A stretch of 64,000 nt of DNA from positions 874 through 64,873 of the forward strand of contig JAGAEQ010000062.1 of assembly GCA_017613015.1 (NCBI GenBank), read 5' to 3'. The DNA is from Bacteroidales bacterium. GTDB lineage: Bacteria; Bacteroidota; Bacteroidia; Bacteroidales; WCHB1-69. Both the position numbers and the translations under genes were made by a program. Below, piece by piece: positions 8,834 to 17,072 of the stretch; position 1 is the stretch's first letter, and the number at the start of each line of letters is the position of its first letter. The notes beneath the pieces are model-generated. The model ran no database searches. It was not told where the DNA came from and saw nothing but the letters and a program-made list of their open reading frames with translations.

Positions 8834-10428
8834 TGCGGATCAGGGAGAGGGATGCGGTGCTGTACCTGGCGCTGACGCTGGCTGCCGGTATTTTGCTCGG
8901 GACGTATATGCCGCTGCGCAAGGCAGGTGTGACACCAAGTGTCGCACCCTCGCTTTCCCATTGGGACAAAGCGGATTATGTCCGGGAACTGATACAGACC
9001 TATTATTATGAGGACTTGGACGGGGACTCCCTGACGGATGAGATGATCACCGCCCTGCTGCAAGCCCTGGACCCGCATTCCTCCTATATCCCGGCCAAGG
9101 AGGCGCAGCGGTACAACGCCGTGCTCATGGGCGGTTTCGAAGGCATAGGCATCACCTTTAACATTTTGGACGACACCATCACGGTCATCAGCGTGACCCC
9201 TTCCGGCCCTTCGCAGAAAGCGGGGGTGCTTGCCGGGGACAAAATCATCCGGGTGGATGGGGAGAACGTGGCGGGCGTGCACATACAAAATGCCGATGTG
9301 ATAGGGAAGCTGCGTGGCAAACGCGGGACCAAGGTGCGGATAGAGGCGCTGCGCCCCGCGCACGGGCAGTTGCTTGCTTTCGATCTGGTGCGGGACAAAA
9401 TCGCCTTGAAAAGCGTGGAAGTGGCCTATATGCTGGAACCTTCCATTGGCTATATCCAAATCAACAGTTTCTCCGCCACCACGGGGGATGAGTTCTCCCG
9501 GGCCCTGCATGAGCTGCTGGCGCAGGGCATGCGACAGCTGGTGCTGGATTTGCGGGGCAATTCCGGTGGTTCGCTGCAGTCGGCCATTGCCGTCTGCGAC
9601 GAGTTTCTCGGGCGGCGCGAAGTCATTGTGGGCACCCGGGGCAAGGCCGTGGGGAGCATGGTGTACCGGGCGACTTCCTACGGTTCCTTCGAAAGGGAGG
9701 ACCAGTCTTTGGTGGTGCTGATAGACGAATGGTCGGCCTCCGCCTCGGAAATTGTCGCCGGGGCCGTGCAGGATCAGGACAGGGGGGTGGTCATAGGCCG
9801 CCGCTCTTTCGGGAAAGGCTTGGTGCAGCGCAGTTTCAACCTTCCCGATAGTTCCGAGCTGCTGTTGACGGTCGCCCGCTATTACACGCCCACCGGACGC
9901 TGCATCCAAAAGCCCTTCGAGCGTTACGAGGAGGATATCGCCAGCCGTTACCTGCACGGGGAAATGAATTCCGCCGACAGCATTCCCATTGCCGACTCCC
10001 TGAAGTTCCGGACCCCGAAAGGCCGGATTGTGTACGGGGGAGGCGGTATCATTCCCGATATTTTCGTTCCCATTGACACTTCGGAGGACTACGTGTATTT
10101 CAACCAGTTGTCCCATGCCGGCGTAATCTTCCGCTATGCCTTGGCCTACACCGACGCCCACCGGGCGGAATGGGCGGACTGTCCGGACGTGCGTGCCTTT
10201 GACCGCCGCTTTGCGGTGAGTGACGCCATGGTGGCGGAAATCATGAGGCAGGGCGAGGCCCAGTCCGTGTCCACGCAGAAAGCCACCCCGGGCTCGCGCA
10301 AGGAAATCAAGAAATGGTGCAAGGCCTACATCGCCCGCAACCTTTTCGGGGAGGAGGGCTTTGCCTACCTTTCCAACCAGGACGACAAAATGGTGCGGAA
10401 AGCGGTGCAGGTTCTGCGGCGGAAATAG
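8833..10428 (+). CDS. S41-family C-terminal processing peptidase (PDZ-containing)
   Basis: 531 aa with an N-terminal TM anchor and a PDZ-like region (GVLAGDKIIRVDG). S41 core present: LDLRGNSGGSL and DEWSASASEIVAGAVQD. Confidence 0.85.
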   Translation: MRIRERDAVLYLALTLAAGILLGTYMPLRKAGVTPSVAPSLSHWDKADYVRELIQTYYYEDLDGDSLTDEMITALLQALDPHSSYIPAKEAQRYNAVLMGGFEGIGITFNILDDTITVISVTPSGPSQKAGVLAGDKIIRVDGENVAGVHIQNADVIGKLRGKRGTKVRIEALRPAHGQLLAFDLVRDKIALKSVEVAYMLEPSIGYIQINSFSATTGDEFSRALHELLAQGMRQLVLDLRGNSGGSLQSAIAVCDEFLGRREVIVGTRGKAVGSMVYRATSYGSFEREDQSLVVLIDEWSASASEIVAGAVQDQDRGVVIGRRSFGKGLVQRSFNLPDSSELLLTVARYYTPTGRCIQKPFERYEEDIASRYLHGEMNSADSIPIADSLKFRTPKGRIVYGGGGIIPDIFVPIDTSEDYVYFNQLSHAGVIFRYALAYTDAHRAEWADCPDVRAFDRRFAVSDAMVAEIMRQGEAQSVSTQKATPGSRKEIKKWCKAYIARNLFGEEGFAYLSNQDDKMVRKAVQVLRRK

Positions 10429-10572
10429 GAAAAAACTGCCACTTTTCCAATCCGTTTGCGGAAAGCCAAGCGGGAGCCCTCCGGTAAAATGGGCGGAAAT
10501 ATATAGAGAAACAATTGGTTACTGCTTGAAAAAAATATTCGGACGACCGCTTCGGGGTATTGGAAAAAGCGG

Positions 10573-10580
10573 TACTTTTG
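10573..10580 (+). promoter_or_regulatory. -7 promoter box TACTTTTG for tRNA-Asn
   Basis: ggTACTTTTGca, 24 nt upstream of the mature tRNA 5' end. Confidence 0.5.
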
Positions 10581-10603
10581 CAGCCGTGAAAATGGAACAA
10601 GAT

Positions 10604-10677
10604 TCCTCCTTAGCTCAGTTGGTTAGAGCATCTGACTGTTAATCAGAGGGTCGCTGGTTCAAGTCCAGCAGGGGGAG
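10604..10677 (+). tRNA. tRNA-Asn (anticodon GTT)
   Basis: Hand-folded cloverleaf. Acceptor tcctcct/aggggga (one G-U pair); D arm gctc-agttggtta-gagc. Anticodon arm tctga-ctGTTaa-tcaga; T arm gctgg-ttcaagt-ccagc. CCA is not encoded. Confidence 0.9.
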
Positions 10678-10687
10678 CAAAAGGATA

Positions 10688-10711
10688 GGGGACAGCGATG
10701 TCCCCTTTTTT
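10688..10711 (+). terminator. rho-independent terminator after tRNA-Asn
   Basis: Perfect 7-bp stem ggggaca/tgtcccc with loop gcga, followed by tttttt. Confidence 0.8.
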
Positions 10712-10787
10712 CTTTGTCCGGGCGGCCGCTTCCCGGTCCGGTTGAAAATTTTTTTCCGGAGCATGGAATCCATATTCGGATATTGGC

Positions 10788-10836
10788 TACATTTGTAATT
10801 TTGAAAAAAGATAATTGCTTATCGGTTTTATTTTTG
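10788..10836 (+). promoter_or_regulatory. two candidate -7 boxes (TACATTTG 10788..10795; TATTTTTG 10829..10836) upstream of the acyl-CoA ligase
   Basis: Both match TAnnTTTG. They lie 59 and 18 nt upstream of the ATG at 10854. Confidence 0.35.
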
Positions 10837-10853
10837 ACGCTAAACACTGAATC

Positions 10854-12629
10854 ATGGAAGTAAAAAGGACATTCGATCTGCTGACCCAGTTAAAGGAAAA
10901 ATACGCATTCAAACAGGATATTCTTTCCATCCGCACCCCTGAGGGCTGGGTGAAATACAGCGTGGAGGACTATTACCGGATTTCCCATCAGCTGGCTTAC
11001 GGCCTGCTGGCCGCCGGTTTTCAGGAGGGCGACCGTGTGGTCATCATCACCCAGAACCGTCCGGAATGGAATTTTCTGGATATGGCCTTGGCCATGGCCC
11101 ACATGATTTCCATACCGGTGTATCCGACCTTGAGCGAGGATGACTACCGCCACATACTGAACCACAGTGGCGCACGGGCGGTTTTCGTCGGCAACGAGAA
11201 AATCTGGAGTGTGGTCAGCCCCTTGGTGGAGGAGATGCCGCTTCGTCCGGAACTCTTCACTGTCAATCCGATAGAAGGACAGAAAAACTGGAAGGAGCTG
11301 CTCCGGCTCGGCGAGGAAAAGGCGGAGGAATGGGCCCCTGTGATTGAGGAGAACAAAAAGAACATCGCTCCGGAGGAAGTCTGCACCATCATTTACACCT
11401 CCGGCACCACCGGACTGCCCAAAGGGGTGATGCTGAAGCATATCGGCCTTACGTTCAATGCTATCGGCCACGCCAACATGCAGATTCGCGACCACCGTCA
11501 CCGTATGCTGAGCTTTCTGCCGCTCTGCCACATTTACGAGCGCAGCATGAACTATGAGTACCAGTACCTGGGTGTCAGCATCTATTATGCGGAAAGTCTG
11601 CGTTCCATCGCCCGTGACATGCAGGAGGTGCAGGCGGACGGCTTCTGCGCCGTGCCCCGCGTGATGGAAATGATGTTCGACAAGCTGCGGGCCAAGGGGA
11701 AGGAACTGAAAGGCGTTGCCCGCTGGATTTACAAGTGGGCCTTCTATATCGCACAGAAATTTGATTACAAACGCAAGGATTTCTTTTACAAAATCCCATA
11801 CGCCATCGCGGACAGGCTGGTCTATTCCAAGTGGCGCGAGGCCTTGGGCGGGCATGAGCTGCTGATTGTCTCCGGCGGTTCTTCCATTCAGGATAAGATT
11901 ATCCGGCTTTACACCGCGGCCAAAATGTACATTTTCGAGGGCTACGGCATGACGGAGACTTCACCGGTGATTGCCGTCAATAACCCCAAGGAAATGCTGA
12001 TTGTGATTGGCACGGTGGGCAAAATCATGCCAGGCATTGAGATGAAACTGGCGGAGGACGGCGAAATCCTGACCAAGGGCATCTGCCTGATGGAAGGCTA
12101 CTACAAGGATCCGGAAGCCACCAAACAGGTGATTGACGAAGATGGCTGGTTCCACACCGGCGATATCGGCGAGTTCAACAAGGACGGCTACCTGCGCATC
12201 ACCGACCGTAAAAAGGAGATTTTCAAGCTCTCCGCAGGCAAGTACATCGCGCCGCAGATGCTGGAGAACCGTTTCAAGGAATCCTCTTTCATTGAGAACA
12301 TCATGGTGATAGGCGAGAACGAGAAATTCGCTTCCGCGCTGATTGCCCCCGATTTCAACCGCTTGCAGGCCTGGGCGAAAAAGCACAAGGTCCCCTACAG
12401 CACCCACGCCGACCTGGTGAACAATCCGCAGGTGAAAAAACGGATTATGGTGGAGGTGGATGCCATCAACAGCCGCTTGGCAATGCACGAACAGCTGAAA
12501 CGCCCCCAGCTGGTGCCGGACGAGTGGAGCGCCGCCACGGGAGAGCTCTCGCAGACCATGAAGCTGAAACGCCGCGTGATTCTCAAGAAATACGAGAAGG
12601 AGATCAAGGAAATCTATATGCACGAGTAG
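10854..12629 (+). CDS. long-chain fatty acid--CoA ligase (AMP-forming, ACSL type)
   Basis: 591 aa with AMP-binding motifs IIYTSGTTGLPKGVML, EGYGMTETS, WFHTGDIG and DRKKEIFKLSAGKYIAP. Confidence 0.85.
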   Translation: MEVKRTFDLLTQLKEKYAFKQDILSIRTPEGWVKYSVEDYYRISHQLAYGLLAAGFQEGDRVVIITQNRPEWNFLDMALAMAHMISIPVYPTLSEDDYRHILNHSGARAVFVGNEKIWSVVSPLVEEMPLRPELFTVNPIEGQKNWKELLRLGEEKAEEWAPVIEENKKNIAPEEVCTIIYTSGTTGLPKGVMLKHIGLTFNAIGHANMQIRDHRHRMLSFLPLCHIYERSMNYEYQYLGVSIYYAESLRSIARDMQEVQADGFCAVPRVMEMMFDKLRAKGKELKGVARWIYKWAFYIAQKFDYKRKDFFYKIPYAIADRLVYSKWREALGGHELLIVSGGSSIQDKIIRLYTAAKMYIFEGYGMTETSPVIAVNNPKEMLIVIGTVGKIMPGIEMKLAEDGEILTKGICLMEGYYKDPEATKQVIDEDGWFHTGDIGEFNKDGYLRITDRKKEIFKLSAGKYIAPQMLENRFKESSFIENIMVIGENEKFASALIAPDFNRLQAWAKKHKVPYSTHADLVNNPQVKKRIMVEVDAINSRLAMHEQLKRPQLVPDEWSAATGELSQTMKLKRRVILKKYEKEIKEIYMHE

Positions 12630-12659
12630 TTTTTCGTTGTTTTCTCTCCAGCGTAAAAC

Positions 12660-12682
12660 AGCGGCAGTCGCATCCGCTTTTT
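12660..12682 (+). terminator. weak terminator-like hairpin after the ligase gene
   Basis: 5-bp stem agcgg/ccgct with a 9-nt loop, followed by ttttt. Confidence 0.3.
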
Positions 12683-12783
12683 GCGTATTTTTGTAAAAAA
12701 AAGTCTTGTTTTTCTCCGCAAAAACGCCGACAGCTTCTGCGAAGCGTGAATGGTTTGTTGTTGTGTGTTATTCTTAAAAAATA

Positions 12784-12859
12784 GAAAAAGTTGTTAAAAT
12801 CGATTGAGAAAACTGGAAAAAGTTGTAAAAAGTAGCCTTTGATATTGGAAAAAGTTGTA
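12784..12859 (+). repeat. three direct repeats GAAAAAGTTGT(T/A)A phased exactly 32 bp apart
   Basis: Copies start at 12784, 12816 and 12848. Copies 2 and 3 share tGGAAAAAGTTGTA, and copy 3 runs into the -7 box of the downstream ATPase gene. Confidence 0.7.
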
Positions 12860-12865
12860 TTTTTG
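12858..12865 (+). promoter_or_regulatory. -7 promoter box TATTTTTG for the DUF4143 ATPase gene
   Basis: Matches TAnnTTTG and overlaps the third direct repeat. It lies 24 nt upstream of the ATG at 12889. Confidence 0.45.
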
Positions 12866-12888
12866 CCGGATAGGAAATGTCATGTGTT

Positions 12889-14205
12889 ATGCTTGAAAGG
12901 AAGATACAATTAGCTCTTAAAGAATATTTTAACTCTCCAATGGAGAAGGTTCTCATTGTGGACGGGGCGCGTCAGGTCGGAAAATCGTATATAATCCGTC
13001 ATGAAGGGAAGGCTTTTTTCCGGAATTTTGTGGAGGTGAACCTGATTGATGACCGCGACGGCGCGCGTCTGTTTGCGAATGTGAAAGGGGTGGAGGACTT
13101 CTATGTGAGACTCAGTTCCTATGCCGGGCGCCGGTTGGGTTCCAAAAAGGATACCCTTGTGTTCTTGGATGAAATACAGGCCTGTCCGGAAATGCTCACG
13201 TTGCTTAAATTCCTCTGTGATGACGGACGTTTCAATTACATTGCCAGCGGTTCACTCTTGGGTGTCACCTTGCATCAGACGCTCTCTGTTCCGGGAGGCA
13301 GAATGGAGGTGCGGCACATGTATCCGTTGGATTTTGAGGAGTTTCTTTGGGCCAACGGCGTGGGGATGGATGTGGTGGCGCACATGCGCAGCCAGTTTGA
13401 GAAAAAGGAAGGGCTTGTGGATGGTCTGCACCGCCGCATGCTGGAGCTGTTCAAGACCTATCTGCTTGTCGGGGGGCTTCCGCAGGCGGTGAACGCGTAT
13501 CTTTCCTCGCAGAATATCTGGCGTGTGCGCAAGGTGCATGAGGAGGTGCACAACCTCTATAAAGAGGATGCTTCGCAATACAGCATTGCCGGAAAGCTGA
13601 AAATCAGGCGCATTTACGACATGATTCCTTCAAACATGGAGAACCGTAAAAAGCGGTTGCATTTCAATGATATTGAAGGAAAACGCGGCCGTGCGGCCCG
13701 AGATTATGAGGATGAGATGGAATATCTGGTCAGTGCCGGCGTGGCGCTTGATGTGCATGCCATCTCCAATCCGGTCTTCCCGTTGATTGCCTCGGCCCGC
13801 AAGAACCTGATCAAACTTTACCTGAACGATGTGGGGCTACTGTCGTATATCCTGTTCCGTGACAATGTGACGGCCATCAAGGACGACCGTTTGGGTGTTA
13901 ACCTCGGTTCGGTGTATGAAACGGCGGTGGCTGCGGAACTTAATGCGCACAACCATCTGCTTTTCTACTATGACAACAAGCAGAAGGGGGAGGTGGATTT
14001 CATGGTGGATGACTACCAGACGCTCTCCATCCTTCCGATAGAGGTCAAGTCGGGCAAGGATTACTCCGTTCATCGTGCGTTGGACCGTTTTGTGCACAAT
14101 CCCGATTACAAGGTTAGGTCCGCCGTGGTGCTTTCCAATGAGGCGGTGGTTTCCACCCAGGGGGGCATTGCCTACATGCCGGTTTACTATGCGATGTTTT
14201 TGTGA
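12889..14205 (+). CDS. AAA-type ATPase with C-terminal DUF4143-like domain (COG1373 type)
   Basis: The ATG could be 12877 or 12889. Walker A is VDGARQVGKSY and Walker B is LVFLDEIQ. The C-terminal region (GEVDFMV...IEVKSGK) resembles a restriction-endonuclease-like fold. Confidence 0.75.
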   Translation: MLERKIQLALKEYFNSPMEKVLIVDGARQVGKSYIIRHEGKAFFRNFVEVNLIDDRDGARLFANVKGVEDFYVRLSSYAGRRLGSKKDTLVFLDEIQACPEMLTLLKFLCDDGRFNYIASGSLLGVTLHQTLSVPGGRMEVRHMYPLDFEEFLWANGVGMDVVAHMRSQFEKKEGLVDGLHRRMLELFKTYLLVGGLPQAVNAYLSSQNIWRVRKVHEEVHNLYKEDASQYSIAGKLKIRRIYDMIPSNMENRKKRLHFNDIEGKRGRAARDYEDEMEYLVSAGVALDVHAISNPVFPLIASARKNLIKLYLNDVGLLSYILFRDNVTAIKDDRLGVNLGSVYETAVAAELNAHNHLLFYYDNKQKGEVDFMVDDYQTLSILPIEVKSGKDYSVHRALDRFVHNPDYKVRSAVVLSNEAVVSTQGGIAYMPVYYAMFL

Positions 14206-14349
14206 TGAATATGTCGGTCGAATTTGTAAGTCATGCTGACAAGAACGCTATAACAAGTAATGGATATATATATCTTATTTAGAATAAAGTTGTTATGGTT
14301 TTCAGGGCGTGTCGTGTGGGGAAAACGGTGCTGGCACAGCAGGTGGTGA

Positions 14350-14374
14350 ACGCCTTTGCAGGCGTCGGTTTTTT
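14350..14374 (+). terminator. terminator-like hairpin in the ATPase/mntP intergenic region
   Basis: 6-bp stem acgcct/aggcgt with loop ttgc, followed by cggtttttt. It sits 145 nt after the ATPase stop and 70 nt before the mntP ATG. Confidence 0.4.
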
Positions 14375-14443
14375 CTCCGCTTCCGCACAATAAACCGCAA
14401 CGCGGTGCGTTTTCAGCGGAGACAAATGAACGGATAACGTACG

Positions 14444-15007
14444 ATGGATTTCATATCAGTTGTTTTGTTGGCGGTGGCTTTGGCGATGGATTGCTTTTCG
14501 GTAAGCCTGGCCAACGGTACGCGCATGCCGGCACTGAAAGCGCGTCCGGTGGTGGAGCTGGCTTTTTTTATGGGGCTGTTTCAGGCGTTGATGCCGGTGA
14601 TAGGCTGGTTTTTAGGCAGCCGCTTCCTTCGTTGGATTGGCGCGTTTGACCATTGGGTGGCTTTCGGGCTGCTCTTTTTCCTCGGCGTGAAAATGTGCGT
14701 GGATGCCCTCCGCCCGGAAAAAACGGATGCCGCGGAGCCCTTCCGGCAGTCTTTCGCTCAGGTGATGCTGATGAGTGTCGCCACCAGCATCGATGCCTTG
14801 GCGGTGGGAGTCAGTTTTGCCATGATTGAAATGTCTATCAGTATGCCGGTAGTGGTTATTGGCCTGGTTTCCAGTGTGTTTTCTGTAACCGGAAGTGCCA
14901 TCGGCTACCGTTTCGGGCAGGTGAAATGGTTCAATGCGCGGCTGGTCGGCGGTCTGATGCTGATTGCCATCGGCGTGAAAATCCTGTTGTCACATTTGTT
15001 GGCGTAA
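14444..15007 (+). CDS. mntP: manganese efflux pump MntP
   Basis: 187 aa with six TM segments and duplicated halves. N-terminal LAVALAMDCFSVSL and second-half ATSIDALAVGVSF are the typical MntP/DUF204 motifs. Confidence 0.85.
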   Translation: MDFISVVLLAVALAMDCFSVSLANGTRMPALKARPVVELAFFMGLFQALMPVIGWFLGSRFLRWIGAFDHWVAFGLLFFLGVKMCVDALRPEKTDAAEPFRQSFAQVMLMSVATSIDALAVGVSFAMIEMSISMPVVVIGLVSSVFSVTGSAIGYRFGQVKWFNARLVGGLMLIAIGVKILLSHLLA

Positions 15008-15015
15008 CCTCCCTC

Positions 15016-16011
15016 TCAGTCCTCATGCAACAGCTGCCATAGGGCGTCCTTCACCTCGGAGACACCCATTTGCGCGTGGGCGGACATGAACAGCAGCGGA
15101 ATGTCGCAGCGGAGTTTTTTCTTCAGCTTGCCAAGCTCCTCCGGCGGGACGAGGTCGCATTTGGAGACCACCAGCAGGCGTTTTTTGTCTAAAAGCTCAG
15201 GGTTGTATTGTCTCAGCTCGTTCAGGAGCACGCGGTATTCCTTCAGAATGTCCTCCGAGTCCACCGGCACGATGAACATCAGCACGGAGTTGCGTTCGAT
15301 GTGGCGCAGGAAGCGCAGTCCCAGACCTTTGCCTTCGGAAGCCCCCTCGATGATGCCCGGAATGTCGGCCACGACGAAGGAATATCGGTCGCGGTAGGTC
15401 ACCATGCCCAAATTGGGTTTCAGGGTGGTGAAGGGGTAGTTGGCGATTTTCGGGCGGGCGTTGGAGACCACCGAAATGAAGGTGGATTTTCCGGCGTTGG
15501 GGAAACCCACTAATCCCACGTCCGCCAACACTTGCAGTTCCAGAATTTTCCATCCTTCCGAACCCATCTCTCCGGGTTGGGCGAAGCGGGGGGTCTGCCG
15601 CACGGACGACTTGAAATGGGTGTTTCCCAGTCCGCCGCGTCCGCCGCGCATATAGATGATTTTCTGCTTGTCTTCCAGAATTTCAGCCTCTTTCTCCATG
15701 GTGACGTCGTTGCGCACCACCGTTCCGAGCGGCACTTCCACAATGACGTCCTTGCCGTTTTTCCCGAAACACTGATTGCGGCCTCCGGCTTCCCCGTCTT
15801 CCGCCACTAAGTGCTTGGTGTATTTGAGGTGGAGCAGCGTCCACAGCTGGGCGTTGCCGCGCAGGATGATGTGTCCGCCGCGTCCGCCGTCCCCGCCGTC
15901 AGGGCCGCCTTTGGGGGTTTGGGCGGAGCGTGCCAGATGGGCGGAGCCGTCCCCGCCGCGTCCGGAGTGGAACCATATTTTGACGTAATCGATAAAGTTC
16001 TCGTTTTCCAT
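15016..16011 (-). CDS. obg: GTPase Obg/CgtA
   Basis: Glycine-rich Obg fold (GGDGSAHLAR...GGPDGGDGGRGGHIIL). G domain motifs: GFPNAGKST (G1), DIPGIIEGA (G3), SKCD (G4). Confidence 0.95.
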   Translation of the reverse strand: MENENFIDYVKIWFHSGRGGDGSAHLARSAQTPKGGPDGGDGGRGGHIILRGNAQLWTLLHLKYTKHLVAEDGEAGGRNQCFGKNGKDVIVEVPLGTVVRNDVTMEKEAEILEDKQKIIYMRGGRGGLGNTHFKSSVRQTPRFAQPGEMGSEGWKILELQVLADVGLVGFPNAGKSTFISVVSNARPKIANYPFTTLKPNLGMVTYRDRYSFVVADIPGIIEGASEGKGLGLRFLRHIERNSVLMFIVPVDSEDILKEYRVLLNELRQYNPELLDKKRLLVVSKCDLVPPEELGKLKKKLRCDIPLLFMSAHAQMGVSEVKDALWQLLHED

Positions 16012-16014
16012 GGC

Positions 16015-16839
16015 TTATTCTTTGGTCGGTGCGTCGGGCTCCTTGGCCATCATATCGTAGACCACGTGGTTGAGCAGCCGTTTGCAGAGGAATTTTGCAA
16101 AATACACAACAATGTCGGTGAAAGAGACCTGGTATTGGGTCTTTTTCCGTATGCCTTTCAGTATGTGGGCCGCCGTGGCCTCACTGGACATCATGCTGCT
16201 TTCGTTCCTCGGGGTGCACCCTTGGGCGGAACCGTCCGCGGTCAGGGCGTGGTAGCGGATTTCCGAGGTGGTGAAGCCGGGGTAGGCGATCATCACATGC
16301 ACGCCTTTTTTCATGTTTTCCAGCCGTATGGTCTCCAAAAAGCCGGTGATGGCGAATTTGGATGCAGAGTAGCCTGTCCGCCAGGGAAGTCCGTGAATTC
16401 CGGCGGTGGAGGAGACCCCCACGAGGCAGCCTTTGGATTGTTGCAGGTAGGGCAGGGCGTATTTGGTGCAATGGACCGTGCCGAAAAAATTGACCTCCAT
16501 CAGGCGGTGGATCACTTCCAAATCCACGTCGTCGAAATTGGCGCGCATGGAAATGCCCGCATTGCAAATCAGCAAATCCAGCTTCCCCCAGTTTTGGACA
16601 GTCTTCTCCACCAGACGTTTGCAGTCCTCCGCCTGGCTGACGTCCGTCACGCAGTAGTCGGCGCGTCCCCCTTTGTCCGTGATTTGTCCGACGATTTCCT
16701 TCAACAAATCCTCCCGTCGGGCGGCCAGCATGACATAGGCCCCTTGTTCCGCGAGGGAGAGGGCCAAAGCTTTTCCGATGCCGGAGGAAGCCCCAGTCAC
16801 AATGGCGGTTTTCTTTTCGAAGGTCGTTTTTTTCTTCAT
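16015..16839 (-). CDS. SDR-family oxidoreductase
   Basis: 274 aa with TGASSGIGKALA (TGxxxGxG), NAG and the YSASK catalytic motif. Confidence 0.85.
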   Translation of the reverse strand: MKKKTTFEKKTAIVTGASSGIGKALALSLAEQGAYVMLAARREDLLKEIVGQITDKGGRADYCVTDVSQAEDCKRLVEKTVQNWGKLDLLICNAGISMRANFDDVDLEVIHRLMEVNFFGTVHCTKYALPYLQQSKGCLVGVSSTAGIHGLPWRTGYSASKFAITGFLETIRLENMKKGVHVMIAYPGFTTSEIRYHALTADGSAQGCTPRNESSMMSSEATAAHILKGIRKKTQYQVSFTDIVVYFAKFLCKRLLNHVVYDMMAKEPDAPTKE

Positions 16840-17016
16840 ATCCGAATCCTTTAGTTATACGAATAAAAGAATAAACAAAACGAAAAACCATGCCAGTCTA
16901 TTGTGCGCACAGCGGAAAAAGAGCGGAGATTTTTCGCATCGGGGCGTTTTTTCCGGCTTTGGGCCTAAGGGAAAACAATTTTTTCGCACAAGCGGGTTTT
17001 GTGTCGTTTTTTTGAA

Positions 17017-17024
17017 TAAATTTG
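17017..17024 (+). promoter_or_regulatory. -7 promoter box TAAATTTG for the T9SS-cargo/GH3 gene pair
   Basis: Matches TAnnTTTG, 49 nt upstream of the ATG at 17073. Confidence 0.4.
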
Positions 17025-17072
17025 CAAATTCAACGAACCAATCAATAATCCAAAACCAAAAAACATTTACGT

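Noticed and set aside
8650-10161. Long antisense ORFs throughout the track. Examples: 8650..10161 (503 aa), 10890..11855, 15811..16854, 18009..19277 and 19592..21400 (602 aa). Further examples: 30100..31269, 38030..39427, 40798..42237, 45065..46411, 56296..57465 and 59101..60489.
   Set aside because: Each lies opposite a gene with clear family motifs. Their translations are low-complexity and rich in R/G/H/Q/P, with no recognisable motif. Such shadow ORFs are expected in high-GC coding DNA.
14206-14443. Possible yybP-ykoY manganese riboswitch upstream of mntP, suggested by the terminator-like hairpin at 14350..14374.
   Set aside because: I could not find the conserved yybP-ykoY elements as I remember them: GGGGAGUAG on the 5' side, and UUGACAUA / AGCAAGACC on the 3' side. 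Only a weak gtggggaaaacgg is present. A covariance-model scan with Rfam RF00080 would settle it. The hairpin may simply terminate the upstream ATPase gene.
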